Shown here: positions 14,656 through 26,247 of the stretch, in pieces | Position numbering within the stretch: position 1 is the first letter of the stretch | Layout of the letters: every line of letters begins with the position of its first letter | Assembly: GCA_000165425.1 (NCBI GenBank) | Contig: CT868307.1 | Span: forward strand, 434,001 to 495,371 | Reading direction: 5' to 3' | From: Paramecium tetraurelia | Lineage: Eukaryota | DNA: 61,371 bases | Position numbers and translations under genes: made by a program | The notes under the pieces: model-generated | The model's input: only the letters and a program-made list of their open reading frames with translations | Told to the model about the DNA's origin: nothing | The model's database searches: none

Positions 14656-16437
14656 ATGAATCCACCTAATGTAATCTAATATTCTTAATAATTGCATAGA
14701 ATTAATATCAGGATGATCTAAATTCCTAGATTTTTTAAAGAAAGATAAATTTTTTAATTAATATTATAAAGACAATTGCAAGATTCCTAATCTTATTTAA
14801 AATGACTCTAAATTAGAAATTAATTCCTAAACCTATTAATAAGAAATAAAACGTCACCGAAACAATTTAAACTATTAAATATATCTATTGTTTTAAGAGA
14901 AAATTAAAAAATATACTAAAGCGGCTAGAATTTTCTGCAATTCTCAAAATTCATAAAACAGTAAATTTGATACCTTGTCTATTACATTATGTGAATCTCT
15001 TTGATAAATAGTAAAATGCAATTAGAAGTTGGCCAAACTGAAGAATAGAAATTATTATAATATTTATTTAATGAATTTGAGAAAATTCTCCTAATAGACG
15101 TATTTTAAAGCCAAATGTTCGTAGCAATAGAAGTAGAGAAATAAGGGGGTGAATTCTAAAATCATCTAACCTAATAATGAATTTGAGAAGAAAGATATGA
15201 TAGAGTAGTTTGAATAGAATTAGAGCAATCAATAAACTTTGATTAACTAAGATACGAATGAGATGACTGTTTCAGATTTCGACACATCAACGAACATGGA
15301 TAAAAAATGTAATGATTACATGATTAAAGTAATTAGCAATCCAAGGACTTAAAGAAAACATTTCTCACCAATCTTTAGAACAAAAAATAATATAATAGAT
15401 CCACATTCAAACAAATTCTAATTATCTTTATCTAGAGAAAAATAGATGAGCAATGATGCTATTAGTTTGTGGGATTCAAACTAAAGAGAAACCAAATAAT
15501 CTTACAATAGCTTATAGTTTTAGGAGAAATAAACATTAATCTGCAAAGGTTCAAAGAAAAAATTAGAGAAAGGAATCAAAATATAACAAGAGTTGGATGA
15601 CTTCCTCAAGTGTAGACATTAAAACATTTAAACTTCATTTGATTGTACGAAACTTAAAAAACTAGAAAAAAGGAAACTGCATTCTAAAATTAATCTCGAA
15701 TATCAAATTGATAAAAGCATCGATAAATAGAACAATGAAAAAGAATGTTAATTTAATTATATTAATAATCCAACTCAAGAGATATAGACTGAAATAAATA
15801 ATTCTCAAGAACTATAAGAATAACCAAAATCTAAAACCAGTACTTCCACCAAAAGTAATCCTTTAATTCCAATCCACATTAGATATCAATACGAAAAAGA
15901 ATATAAGGAAGCTAAATAAAAATAATCCAGTCAAACTCTAAAGGAGTAATAACAATAAAGTATATCACTATATTAATTTTAGAGAAAACTGTAAGCAAAG
16001 ATTAAATAGCAGAGTTTTTTAAAGAATAATAAATGTTTCTGAAAAAGAGAGCTGAATTTTTTGAAAAGGAATATGAGAAAAAACTGTGGGAAGTTGCTCA
16101 AAATGAAAGCGAATTTCTTTATACCCCATTGTTGAATGAATAATCTAGTAGAGTAAATCTTATAATATATTCATTAGATTTTAGATAAAAAATTAAAAGG
16201 AAAGAATTTTGATTAAAGAATTGAATAATTCTAATAAAATAGATAAAATAAACTGGATGAGTAAATATAAAACATGAAACCATCTTTCACACCGACAATT
16301 AGCAAAAAGTCAAGAAAGGTAATAAAATTGAATAATAAATAAAGATTATGGAGAACCCAAAATAAAGACTTACTTTCCAAAATGAAAAAAGTTTTCAATA
16401 ATTAAATTGGAGAGTAAAGACTTTGGAAGAATAGTGA
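14656..16437 (+). CDS. hypothetical Gln/Glu/Lys-rich coiled-coil protein
   Basis: ATG AAT CCA CCT AAT, then a tiny intron and a long low-complexity reading frame ending QLNWRVKTLEEQ*; internal structure not fully traced. Confidence 0.6.
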
Positions 16438-16466
16438 CTTAATTTAAATATCTTTAATTCATTAAT

Positions 16467-17849
16467 TCAAAAACTCTTTGCTGATGGTATTAAGCTATCT
16501 TTATGAAACAATGGATCATTAATGATTTAATCTATATTCCATCTATTTTAAATGTTCTTCTCTAAACATCCGTTTATAACTCTCATTACATTTTCGTTCA
16601 TCTTTTTATCCTAATTAGTTTTTATCTTTTAACACTATATCTAACGATATAAATCTTTGTCATTTTATCCTTTAAAAGGATATTCTCCTGTTAGCATTTT
16701 AGATAAAAGAATTCCTAATGACCAAATGTCTGAACTAGAAGGATGATGAGGAACCTTATTAAATTCAGTTTAAAATTACTTTTGCTATGATTTCGGGAGA
16801 CATATAATGGGGTGTTCCACAAAACACATTGGTCTTTTAATTTTGAGGCATGCAAATGGCAAAACCAAAATCTATCAATTTTACAACATTTGTTTTCATC
16901 ATCAACACATTATCTAATTTGATATCTCTATGACATATGTTGAGATCATGTAAATATTTTACTGCCATTGCAATTTAGTAGAATAAATTCAAGCATTCCT
17001 TTTCTGGTAAGATTCTATTTGGCTTAGACTTTATGTACGAAGCCAAAGATTATGAGGAAATGTATTCCATGACTAAATTGATCTTATATTATAATAAAGT
17101 ACTGATTTTTTGTCTTCAATTGCCCAATATAATTTGATAATATGTTAATGTTCTATTCTTTTAAGGATGGATATTTCCCTTTTTACATTATTCATCTTTT
17201 GAGAATCATTCAATTTTATTTTTTCGTATATTTTTATTGCATATTTTTCCTTTGTATTTTTATCAACACCCAATCTAACCATTGCAAATGATCCTGACCC
17301 AATTATTGTTTCCAATTTGAAATTTCCCATCATCAACTCTGGATTACATAGCTGGTTTAAGTCTAACGTTCTTTTGGGTTATATTTAGGGTTAAGAACTC
17401 TTCTCAATTATTTACTATTAAGATTCTATTTTCTCTTTTTCTTTCCTCTCTTCAATTCGCTTAATTCTTGGGGCAACTCCGGATAATGCTGAGAATGGTC
17501 TCTGCTATGGTATTTTTTAGTTAATAGAAGAGCTCCAATGTCTTTATTGTTGTTAATTTCCAGTATTTTAAGTAGTATTTAATGAAAAATGTTGCTCTTT
17601 TGAGGATTTCCATTGAGAACATTCTATCTTAGATATTAAATATACTATTAATTTAGTTTTCAATATTTTTGAGAATGACATCAGCTTGCAATTTAATACT
17701 ATTTAAATCATAAATGTTAATGGCATCAGTTTTACTTTCTAAAGTTATAGAAATGTGAAGTTACATTTATTCTTTTCAACATTAGCCAAAAAGGATTGAG
17801 TAACCGAGTCATTCGATTCTGATTTGCTAAGTTTTATTTATTTTAACAT
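16467..17849 (-). CDS. Ser/Thr protein kinase, CAMK group (MARK/AMPK-like)
   Basis: [45 protein letters not shown]; tiny introns. Confidence 0.93.
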
Positions 17850-17949
17850 ATTGTTTTTTTTTGAAAAATTAATAATGATAACGATAATCCAATTAATAAA
17901 AAATAACAATTTTCTTAAATTAGTACCGAAATAAATAAATAAAAACCAT

Positions 17950-18585
17950 TCATATTTAAAAACTATCAGATCTGGAAGAAAATATTCTCTCAACTAATTT
18001 ATTTTAGGCTTTGTAATTAACAAAAGATTTGGATGAATCCTTTTTAGAAACTGAAATTTAAGGCTAAGAGAAAATTCGATACGGATCTTTGACCTTTATA
18101 ATATGCCTTTTCTCGTGACTATTCGAGGTTGTATAGAATTTTTAATTGCTTTATAATTGATTGAAACCTTGACTATTGCATTAAAGAGGATTAGATTTTT
18201 TGATTGTTTTGCATGACTCATATTGTTATTGTAAAAGAGAATTTTGAGATTTCTTGAAATTTTAATCAAGATCGTTGTTACTAAGGTTTGAAATATCTTT
18301 AGCGCTTTTCTTTTTAATTTATTAAGTACTTTAGTAATTACATATATTTTCTTTATTAGAATCCTGAATAGAGTACATAGTGGTTTTTCTAGACAGAGCA
18401 TTCTTTTGTAAAAGCTTGGTTGATTACAATATAGATTTTATAGCTGCGAGATGTTATTGAGGTAAAGAGTTCTCTCTTCGCTTCTTGACATTTTACTACT
18501 TAGGTTTATCAGCTTCTGGTTTAAAAAATTAGGCTGTTTATTAGTAGGGGTCTTAATTTCCAAAACTCTACTCAAAAAAATTCAT
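17950..18585 (-). CDS. hypothetical protein (211 aa)
   Basis: Single-exon 636-nt ORF MNFFEQSFGNQDPYQQTAQFFKPEADKPK...; the listed 18096-18401 ORF is a different frame. Confidence 0.6.
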
Positions 18586-18688
18586 TCAAATTTAATTTAT
18601 TTTTGTGTATTATTAACAATTATTTGATATAATATTTAGAATTAGATTTTGTGATAAATCATATTTTGTTAAAAATCATTGAATATTC

Positions 18689-20255
18689 TCAAAATCCTCT
18701 ATCTTTGACATAATCATATTCACTTTCACCACCGCCAAAACAGCAAAGGAGTTTAGAGAAGAATGATTTGCTCTTGAGTTTTTCTTCCTACTTACTCTTC
18801 TCAATTTGAAGAGTCATTTTATTGTAAAACTTTTCAGTTATAGTTTCCTAATCATATAGATCCTCATCTTTAATTTATTCATTATAATCAATCTTGGTTG
18901 CTTCTTCTGGGGGTAATTCCAATATTTCTTCCAAATTCTATATACTTCCTTTTAAGACATCCACTTATTCCTTAATGATCTTGACCCACTGATCCTTTTA
19001 TTCTGGAGTCTAAGCCTTAAACTTAAACTCTTGATCATCATTTGTGAAGATCTAATAATTGAATTATAAATTACTTAAAAAGATCTACTCTTACCAACTA
19101 CCTGTTTAATGTAAATCAGCAAAACGTATTAATTTCCTTAAGAATCATCTTTAGCTGTCCAACTAAGAGAGTTCTTTTTTAACTAAGCATTAACATTTAT
19201 CCAAGACAAAGGTCCTTTAATAATTTTGCTTGATTATTTTTGGAGTGGTCCTTCGAAAACGATTTCTTCTTTCTTTTCCAAATGTTATGAGTTCTTCAAA
19301 CTAGTCTTAGGTTTCTTTTTGACACATTAAATAGCCAAAATCCACTTTTAGATATCTGTAAGTTATTCTGAAAAGAATTAATAAACTCTTTCGTTGTATT
19401 CAAAACTTAATCCATAGGGCAATTATCCTGATGTCTTGTCAATATATTATATATTTTCAAGTTCAGAAATAGGGATTCTTGCGATGAAATTGCTTTTGTC
19501 TCCTCTGTCATCATATGCAAAATAGTATATAGTGTCTAATTGAAAAGTGTCAGGGATGTCTGCCTAAGTAGGACCGACTTTATCCGTTTCCTATCCTGTA
19601 ATGCAAACTGATGAGATCATTATGAACCATCTTTTCTTAGCTCTGGTGAATGTGGTATTCTTGCCTTTCTTCATCAAAAATCCACAAATTATGAACTAGT
19701 CTTGGGTTTTGGCATCAAATTTTATCAGATATGGATATATGCCTTTGCATTTCATGACTTCATCATTTTTTATGTCAATCTTATTTGAGATTCTATCCAG
19801 ATGATCTTTCTCCACTTCCAATTTTATTTTTGTTATTGTTTCTTTGTCCAGCTCATCCCATTTAACCTTCTATTGAATAGGTTCATTATCGCCTTCTAAT
19901 TGTTTGCGATATTCCTTCAGATACAAAATGCTTTCAACCCAAAATTCTCGTTGGGAAGCAGTCTCTGCTTTTAATTAGAACTAACGATCGCCGACCACCA
20001 AAATGAATTCTGTATCGGATCCCTTAACATTGGCAACTGTGGAAATGGAAGTCAAACTAAGGACACCTTAATTTCCTGCATGCGAGTACCTTGGGGCTTA
20101 TCTTTAGAAGAAAGGGGCTTCTTCTTCCAATATATAAGATACTATCCTTCATTCCTCACAGAGAAGTAACGTTTCTGATACCCTTTCATCATGCTGGGAC
20201 TACGTTTCTACAGCACTCCGTTTAATTGTAATGCTTTGGATAATTTATCATTCAT
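18689..20255 (-). CDS. protein with three PH domains
   Basis: PH1: LNGVLQKRSPSMMKGYQKRYF...FQLKAETASQREFWVESI. PH2: ICGFLMKKGK...KKRWFIM...DIQKWILAI. PH3: FEGPLQK...FKFKAQTPEQKDQWVKII. C-terminus KSFFSKLLCCFGGG. Confidence 0.85.
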
Positions 20256-20272
20256 TATTATAATTTATTCGC

Positions 20273-21508
20273 ATGGAAACAGTTTCTCAACATATAACAC
20301 AACTGAATCACAAAAATCAAGAACTCTTCGGCTTAGAAAATAGAATAAACCAATTGAAATAGTAATTGAATTTGCAACAAGCCAATAACAATATCTTGAA
20401 GACTAAAGTGGATAAGATAGTCCACTCAAAAAAACAAAAGTTTTATGACGAAATGAAGGTAACCTCATTGCTAAAAGGAATTAGTTGAAATAAATACTTC
20501 AAAGCAATGCTTAAAATAATGACGAATTATAATATACGGTTCAAAGAAACAAAGCCTTATTGAATGAAGAACAAAGGCAATCCAAGTAGGATATGTTCGA
20601 TGAAAAGTATCTTCAAACTTACAAGATGAAATAGAAATTAGATTTGGAAATGCTAATAAATTAGAAGAAAAGGGATCAATAACTATATGAGAAGCAATAA
20701 CAATATGCAAAAGTACTCAATTAATTTATCCAATAGATCTCAGAATGGGAATTCAATTTAAAACTCAACTTAAAATAACGAGAAATAGACAAAATAGATA
20801 AAATCAGATTAGAAGAAAAAGAATTCAAAGAACAACTAGCTTAAAGAATGCAATAACAACAAAAGATTTGCGATTAATTGTCAAATGAAGAATAACTTCT
20901 AATGAAGTAAGTACATGTATGTATTAAATTCTAGTAAATTAAAAAGCTCTTAATAGTTTTAGCACTCCTTAAAACATGATCTAAAAACTGCTCTGAATCT
21001 GAGTATCAAGGATTATACAAATAATACCTCCGTGTCAATTCCTACCTATTTCAAATCATATAGTTCATCTAAAATACCATTAAATAGTCCATATGCCTAG
21101 TTGCCGACGATGCTCAAGATGAAAAGGAGTGTATAAATTAATAAAAGTAATAATAACACCAACGAATCTCTTATGAAAGAGTACAAATTTTCTCTCCCTT
21201 CACTTTATAAGCCATCCATTATTGAGCAATAACAATAAGTCGAAAGGCTATTTTAATCCAAAAGTGTAAAGAATAGCAAATCCGATTTGTATTAGATATT
21301 ACATTATGGTGACTCTTAAGGCATCATGGAAAAGAAATCGAAATTTCGAACTAATTAGAGTGAAGTAATTTAAAATTAAGTAATAAAGTAATATAAATAG
21401 ATAACAAAAGAGTAGGAATAAAATAAAGAATAATCAAATCAAGAAAAATAAGAAATAGATGCAACAAATCAAAATAAATAGGAGGAATAAGAGGAATATT
21501 AAGAATGA
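20273..21508 (+). CDS. hypothetical coiled-coil protein
   Basis: METVSQHITQLNHKNQELFGLENRINQLKQQL...; tiny introns (e.g. 20459-20484); Q/E-rich tail ending EEYQE*. Confidence 0.7.
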
Positions 21509-21575
21509 TAATGTTTTTAATTAAATTTTAATAACATTTTGTATCAAATTTATAACTTTAAGCTCCTATTTTAAA

Positions 21576-21620
21576 AATTAGAGTTCTAATTCGATATTTT
21601 AGAAGTACTCTTCATACTTA
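21576..21620 (-). promoter_or_regulatory. degenerate SECIS-like hairpin downstream of the SelW-like gene
   Basis: AUGA-AGAGUACUUCU-AAA-AUAUCGAAUU-AGAACUCU-AAU. The 5' core and apical AAA are present, and the arms pair with a 3-nt bulge. The 3' GA of the core reads AA. Confidence 0.5.
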
Positions 21621-21648
21621 GACTTAAAATGATATAGTTATTGTTGTC

Positions 21649-21922
21649 TCAATTTTCAATAAAATTTACTAGGTTTTTCTTTGCCTTCTCTGCTGATTAT
21701 GATCCAAATAGGCCATCCCCACCTAATTTAGAGTGAACTTTTTTAGATTTAGCATTATTTCCCCTGTTAATTTATCTTAGGACTTGCCTGTAATTTCGGC
21801 TTAAAGATATAATAATTTAACGTATTGTTAGGCCGATTTGTATTGGGACCAATAACCTCATCCACCACAATATGTGAAATGAACTGAATAATTGAATAGG
21901 AAATACCTTGAAATTGTTGATC
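21649..21922 (-). pseudogene. Selenoprotein W-like (Rdx family, CxxU) gene, apparently disrupted
   Basis: After a 23-nt intron (21884-21906) it reads DQQFQVHFTYCGG(TGA)GYWSQYKSAQQYVK...AEITGKSQDKLTGEIMLNL, then in the -1 frame KKVHSKLGGDGLFGSQSAEKAKKNLVNFIEN*. No in-frame ATG was found. Confidence 0.75.
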
Positions 21923-22108
21923 TTTAGTAGTTTTTAGTGTTAATTAAATTCTGTCTTTTAATAATATGTAAATTTACTTAAAAAGTTAAAAATTTAAGAA
22001 AAATACTTAATTAAGTCATAGCAACTTATGATTGGTTATAAACCATTGTAAATAGTATAGCTTTGCAAAAATGAAATATTTATGATTTATATTGTAATGT
22101 GTAATGTA

Positions 22109-22581
22109 TCAAGCTACAAGTATGCATGCTCCTCCAACTGCTTTGATTCTTCTCTCTGCAGTTTTGCTAAAGAACTTAGCTTTGACAACGACTGGTTAAT
22201 TTGGAAGTCTACCTTTTCCTAGGACTTTGAAATAACCAGCTTTGGTGACATCAATAACAGCAGCTTTGTCCTTTGATTTAGCATATTTTTCTCTGGTTTC
22301 ATCAGTGACAAGTGACCATAATTTGTCAATATTGACTACAGGTCTGTGGAGTGTGTTTTTTTTCAAATGGAAATGTCTCATACCGGTCTAGAGGAGGAAT
22401 AGGAGTAGATGGGTACTTTTTGGAAATAACCTGGATGGTATTTATTGAAATTGATCCTATGATGTGTCAAACCTCCTGAAACACCTCTACCACTTGGATG
22501 TTTTCTGTGTTTGCCAACTCTACCGTAACCATGGCATACATGTCCTCTCATTTTTCTACACTTTCTCAATCTGCTGACCAT
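22109..22581 (-). CDS. RPL27A: 60S ribosomal protein L27a (uL15)
   Basis: [29 protein letters not shown]...[14 protein letters not shown]...KVLGKGRLP...GGACILVA*; 29-nt intron at 22388-22416. Confidence 0.97.
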
Positions 22582-22759
22582 TGTATTAAATTTTAAAAAA
22601 AAGATTTTAATATATGATTAATGCCATGATCGAATATATAAATCGAATTAAATCCGGAGGAGTGAGTATTGTGGAGTGCAAGAAAGTTGGAAATAAATGA
22701 AGGGACAATCAAGGGCACAGCGAGTTTATTATTTAATATGATTAAATAAATAATTAAAA

Positions 22760-23751
22760 ATGTAAAATGATGCCATCGATTATTTGACAATCTTCACATC
22801 ATTAACAATATTCAAAGCATTTTGTTCAGGTGTGCATCGTTATAAGGTTAATCAGATGCCAACTTCACATTACGAAACCGTAAATATGTGATCATGATAT
22901 TATGCTAGGAGTCAACTTTGGCTACTCTAATGAAAATACAGATGTAATTCAATTTTCTACTCCTGCATTGCACCTTGTTCTTTAAACACTTGGACAATGT
23001 TTAAGAAATAGGCAAATTCAACTTATTCTTATTGATTTCGACTTGCCTCTATGCTCTGACTTTAATGCTGACGGATTACAGATGGCTCTTAAAAATATAT
23101 AGATACGAGAATCATATCCTCAGAGAAGATTACCCTATAGTAGAGTTCTTAGGAATTCAAGTCTTTATGATGTTTGGATGTGCCCTGCTAATCACTATTT
23201 AATGGTTCACAATTCCAATTCTATCGGATCTTATGTATCAACTTCTATGCATTTACAAAATCCCATAAATCATTAAATGTCACCAACACAATCAAATGCC
23301 CAACATCACTTATTTCTGCTTTCTCGAGGATTATTGCATTTTGATTTTTTTCTCGTACTATCGAGGTTGCCCCATCAACATCTTCAAACTTCAAGACAAC
23401 TTGGGAATTTGCATAAGCGTAGCCATTTTCATTTGCATTCAACAGTGCATCCTACTTTATTAGTTTCATGTGAAACCCCAACTGTATCAGACTAAGTCTC
23501 AAGTTGAGGAATTCACCAATGAAATTAGGGAACAAAACATTTATTCAAATTTTGATGATCTGGGCACTAACAACAACCTTGAATGTGCCATTTGCCTTCA
23601 AGGCATTGAAATCACTAATCCCTTATAAATTTAACTCAATCCCGAAGATCCAATTGTATTGACTCGTTGTTCACATAAGTTCCACGAGAGTTGTCTGATT
23701 GTTTGGCTCAAAGTCAAAAAGCAATGCCCAGTATGCAGACACTAATTCTGA
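22760..23751 (+). CDS. transmembrane RING-H2 E3 ubiquitin ligase (Tul1/Dsc1-like)
   Basis: Multiple TM helices, KIPQII and YYRGCPINIF. C-terminal CAIC...TRCSHKFHESCLIVWLKVKKQCPVCR. One 26-nt intron. Confidence 0.85.
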
Positions 23752-24251
23752 TTTATTCCATTTTTTAGTTTTTACACAATATTTAATTCTCGATTAATTG
23801 AGAACGTTCATATTTACTATAATTTTATATGTAACATTTCATAATATTCAAGCCACTGTATGAATTAAGGTCCAAGTTAATAAAAATTCCCCAATTGAAG
23901 CTCCCAAACCCTCTGTGTATATTTCTGTATTCTCTATTCTATCCTCATCAACCTAATTAATCATTTTGCATATTGTACTTATTTGTATTTGAAAATATAA
24001 TAGTATGAAAATCCCATTGACAAAAACAGAAATCCCAAAATTGTCAAAATGCCTTATAAATGTAAAAAACCTGCTGTTAATCCCAGAAGGACAGAGACTA
24101 TTTGTCTCACAAAGAAAAGTGCTGTTTTTAGTTGATCTGGAGTGGCTTAATCGTCTGTTGATAGAGAGAAACTCAAAAACTCACCTACAGACTAGAATCC
24201 TTCTTTTTTTAAAGGCATTCAATAATATAAATTAATTAAAATTAATATAAC

Positions 24252-24664
24252 ATTGGAAAAATTATAATCAAATACCTTGATGGCAAGAAAGTATATGCTT
24301 TTAAACAATGCAATGTTCCTCTTTCAAACTAAGATTACTTAACTTCTAAAGTAATACCATGAGTTAGGTTATAGCAATTCACAGCAAAGTCAGGAACGGC
24401 ATTTCTATTTGAGAAAGGGTAAGAACTAACAATAATAAAAGTGTGAACTATTTGACTGGAAAATCAGAAGTGAAATGCTAAGAACTGGTTTACACATCAT
24501 GCAAGAAATAAAGTGCATTAAATGTAAGACCTATCTTGGATGGAAATATGTAAGCTTATGAATTACTATATTAAAAGCTTCATGCTTATGAGTAATCTGA
24601 GAAATAAAAGGAAGGTAAAATCATTCTAGAAACATTATTTCTAACTAAAATCAAATGGAACTGA
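24252..24664 (+). pseudogene. Yippee/YPEL-family pseudogene
   Basis: GKIIIKYLDGKKVYAFKQC...SKQFTAKSGTAFLFEKGVNY..., [43 protein letters not shown]. The start reads ATT, the first CxxC reads FKQC, and there is a 1-nt frameshift near 24473. Three tiny introns are retained. Confidence 0.85.
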
Positions 24665-24838
24665 TTTTTCTACTTTGCTAATCAATTATAATTAATATAA
24701 TATCATTATATTAAGGAGACTTCAAAACCTAATTTTAATATGTTACCATGCTTATTGATATCTTTAAGACATAAATATAATTTGAAATATAATCACTTAA
24801 TCGAAAAAATTAGCAATAATAATATAAATATTTATTAA

Positions 24839-25133
24839 ATGAGTCGTGTGCACTCTAAATTTCAAAAAGAAATATTGCAATTTTATAGGTCTGTACTTAA
24901 ATGGGCCAGTCTTAAGCCAGAGCCAGCTAAGTCTAGCATCATATAGTATGCGTAAAATGAATACAGAAAGAATTAAAATATTCCTAAAAAGAAGTTTGAT
25001 AGGGTAATGTGTCCATAACATTATATTAGATTGAATTTCTGTTTAGATAAGGAAAGAATAAGTTTGAAATATGGAAGGTATATAATTTTAATATGATAAG
25101 GATGCTAAAATTGATTCAATATCAATAAAATGA
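24839..25133 (+). CDS. SDHAF1: succinate dehydrogenase assembly factor 1-like (LYR family)
   Basis: MSRVHSKFQKEILQFYRSVLKWA...EYRKNQNIPKKKFDRIEFLFRQGKNKFE; two tiny introns. Confidence 0.8.
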
Positions 25134-25159
25134 TGCATAGTATAAAAATTATAAAAATA

Positions 25160-25699
25160 TCACACTTTGGTTTTCTTAAATTTTTCTTACACTTAACAAG
25201 GTTTTTCACATTCAGTATGTGTGCAATGATGGCGTTTTACAAATTAACTACAACATCTGCATTACTTTTCCTTTGATTCTCTTTTCTTTCTCATCTTTTC
25301 CTTTTATGAATCTGATTAACTATCTAATATGAAGTCATCTTCTTATGACATTAAATCTCCTAGATTAACTTGAACTGGCAAATCAGCTATAAAAATAGAA
25401 TTAAGGTTTTGCTATACGTGAATTCTTAACTTTGATCACATCTAAAAGTTTGGTTATTTGATCATTTGGTAACCTTTCAAACATTTTAATCAAATCATCG
25501 CTCACTTTTCGTGATATTTTAATTGGCTCGTTATCATCTATTAACTTTGTTTTCTTTTTTATTTAGTCATTTTCACTTTCACTTTCACTATTTTGTTGAA
25601 TCTGATGATCTTGTTTCCTTAAATGAAAATCAGTTCTTACTTATAATTCTATCCTGAAGACCTGGAAGAAAACTCAGAAGAATCATAATTGTCACACAT
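25160..25699 (-). CDS. hypothetical protein with C-terminal Cys/His cluster
   Basis: Open after two tiny introns; ends CRCCSQFVKRHHCTHTECEKPCQ...KTKV*. Confidence 0.65.
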
Positions 25700-26247
25700 C
25701 TTTAGTAATATAATTATATTAAATAAATAATTCAAATATTTCCTTTGCATTCTTAAGTTATTTATTAGTTTTTATTTTGACTTATTTTAATTCATAGTTA
25801 TGAATTTAATTATCAAAATTAATTAAAATCCTAAACAAAAGTTCATGAATCATTTGATCAATTGTTAAAATAAGCACAATATTCTTTATCTTCATCGCAT
25901 AGACAAATATTCTATTATCTTAAAATAATAAAATTTGAAATTTAGAAATAATCGAGAAGAATATATTTCGTCTATGAAGTACCATATGTTTTGATATTAA
26001 TTTAAGTAGTTCATTTGGGTTGAATAAAATTCCATATCATTATAAATGCCTTTTTTAAAAATATTAGAAAATACTATAGATCCAAAATGATATGATGATA
26101 GGTGTATTATGGTTGTTTTGAGGTTAATAAAAAAGGGTGTCAAAGTGAAAATGAAAAATGAGATAATTAAAAATTCATTTTTCACTTTAATTTATATATA
26201 GGAGTTTAGTTTTTAACGATAATAATAATTTATTTAATATTAACAGA

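Noticed and set aside
23829..24235. Coding-like stretch with an in-frame TGA (...KKSAVFS*SGVA), considered as a SelK-like gene
   Set aside because: No coherent ATG-initiated model, motif or SECIS; at best an unidentifiable gene remnant.
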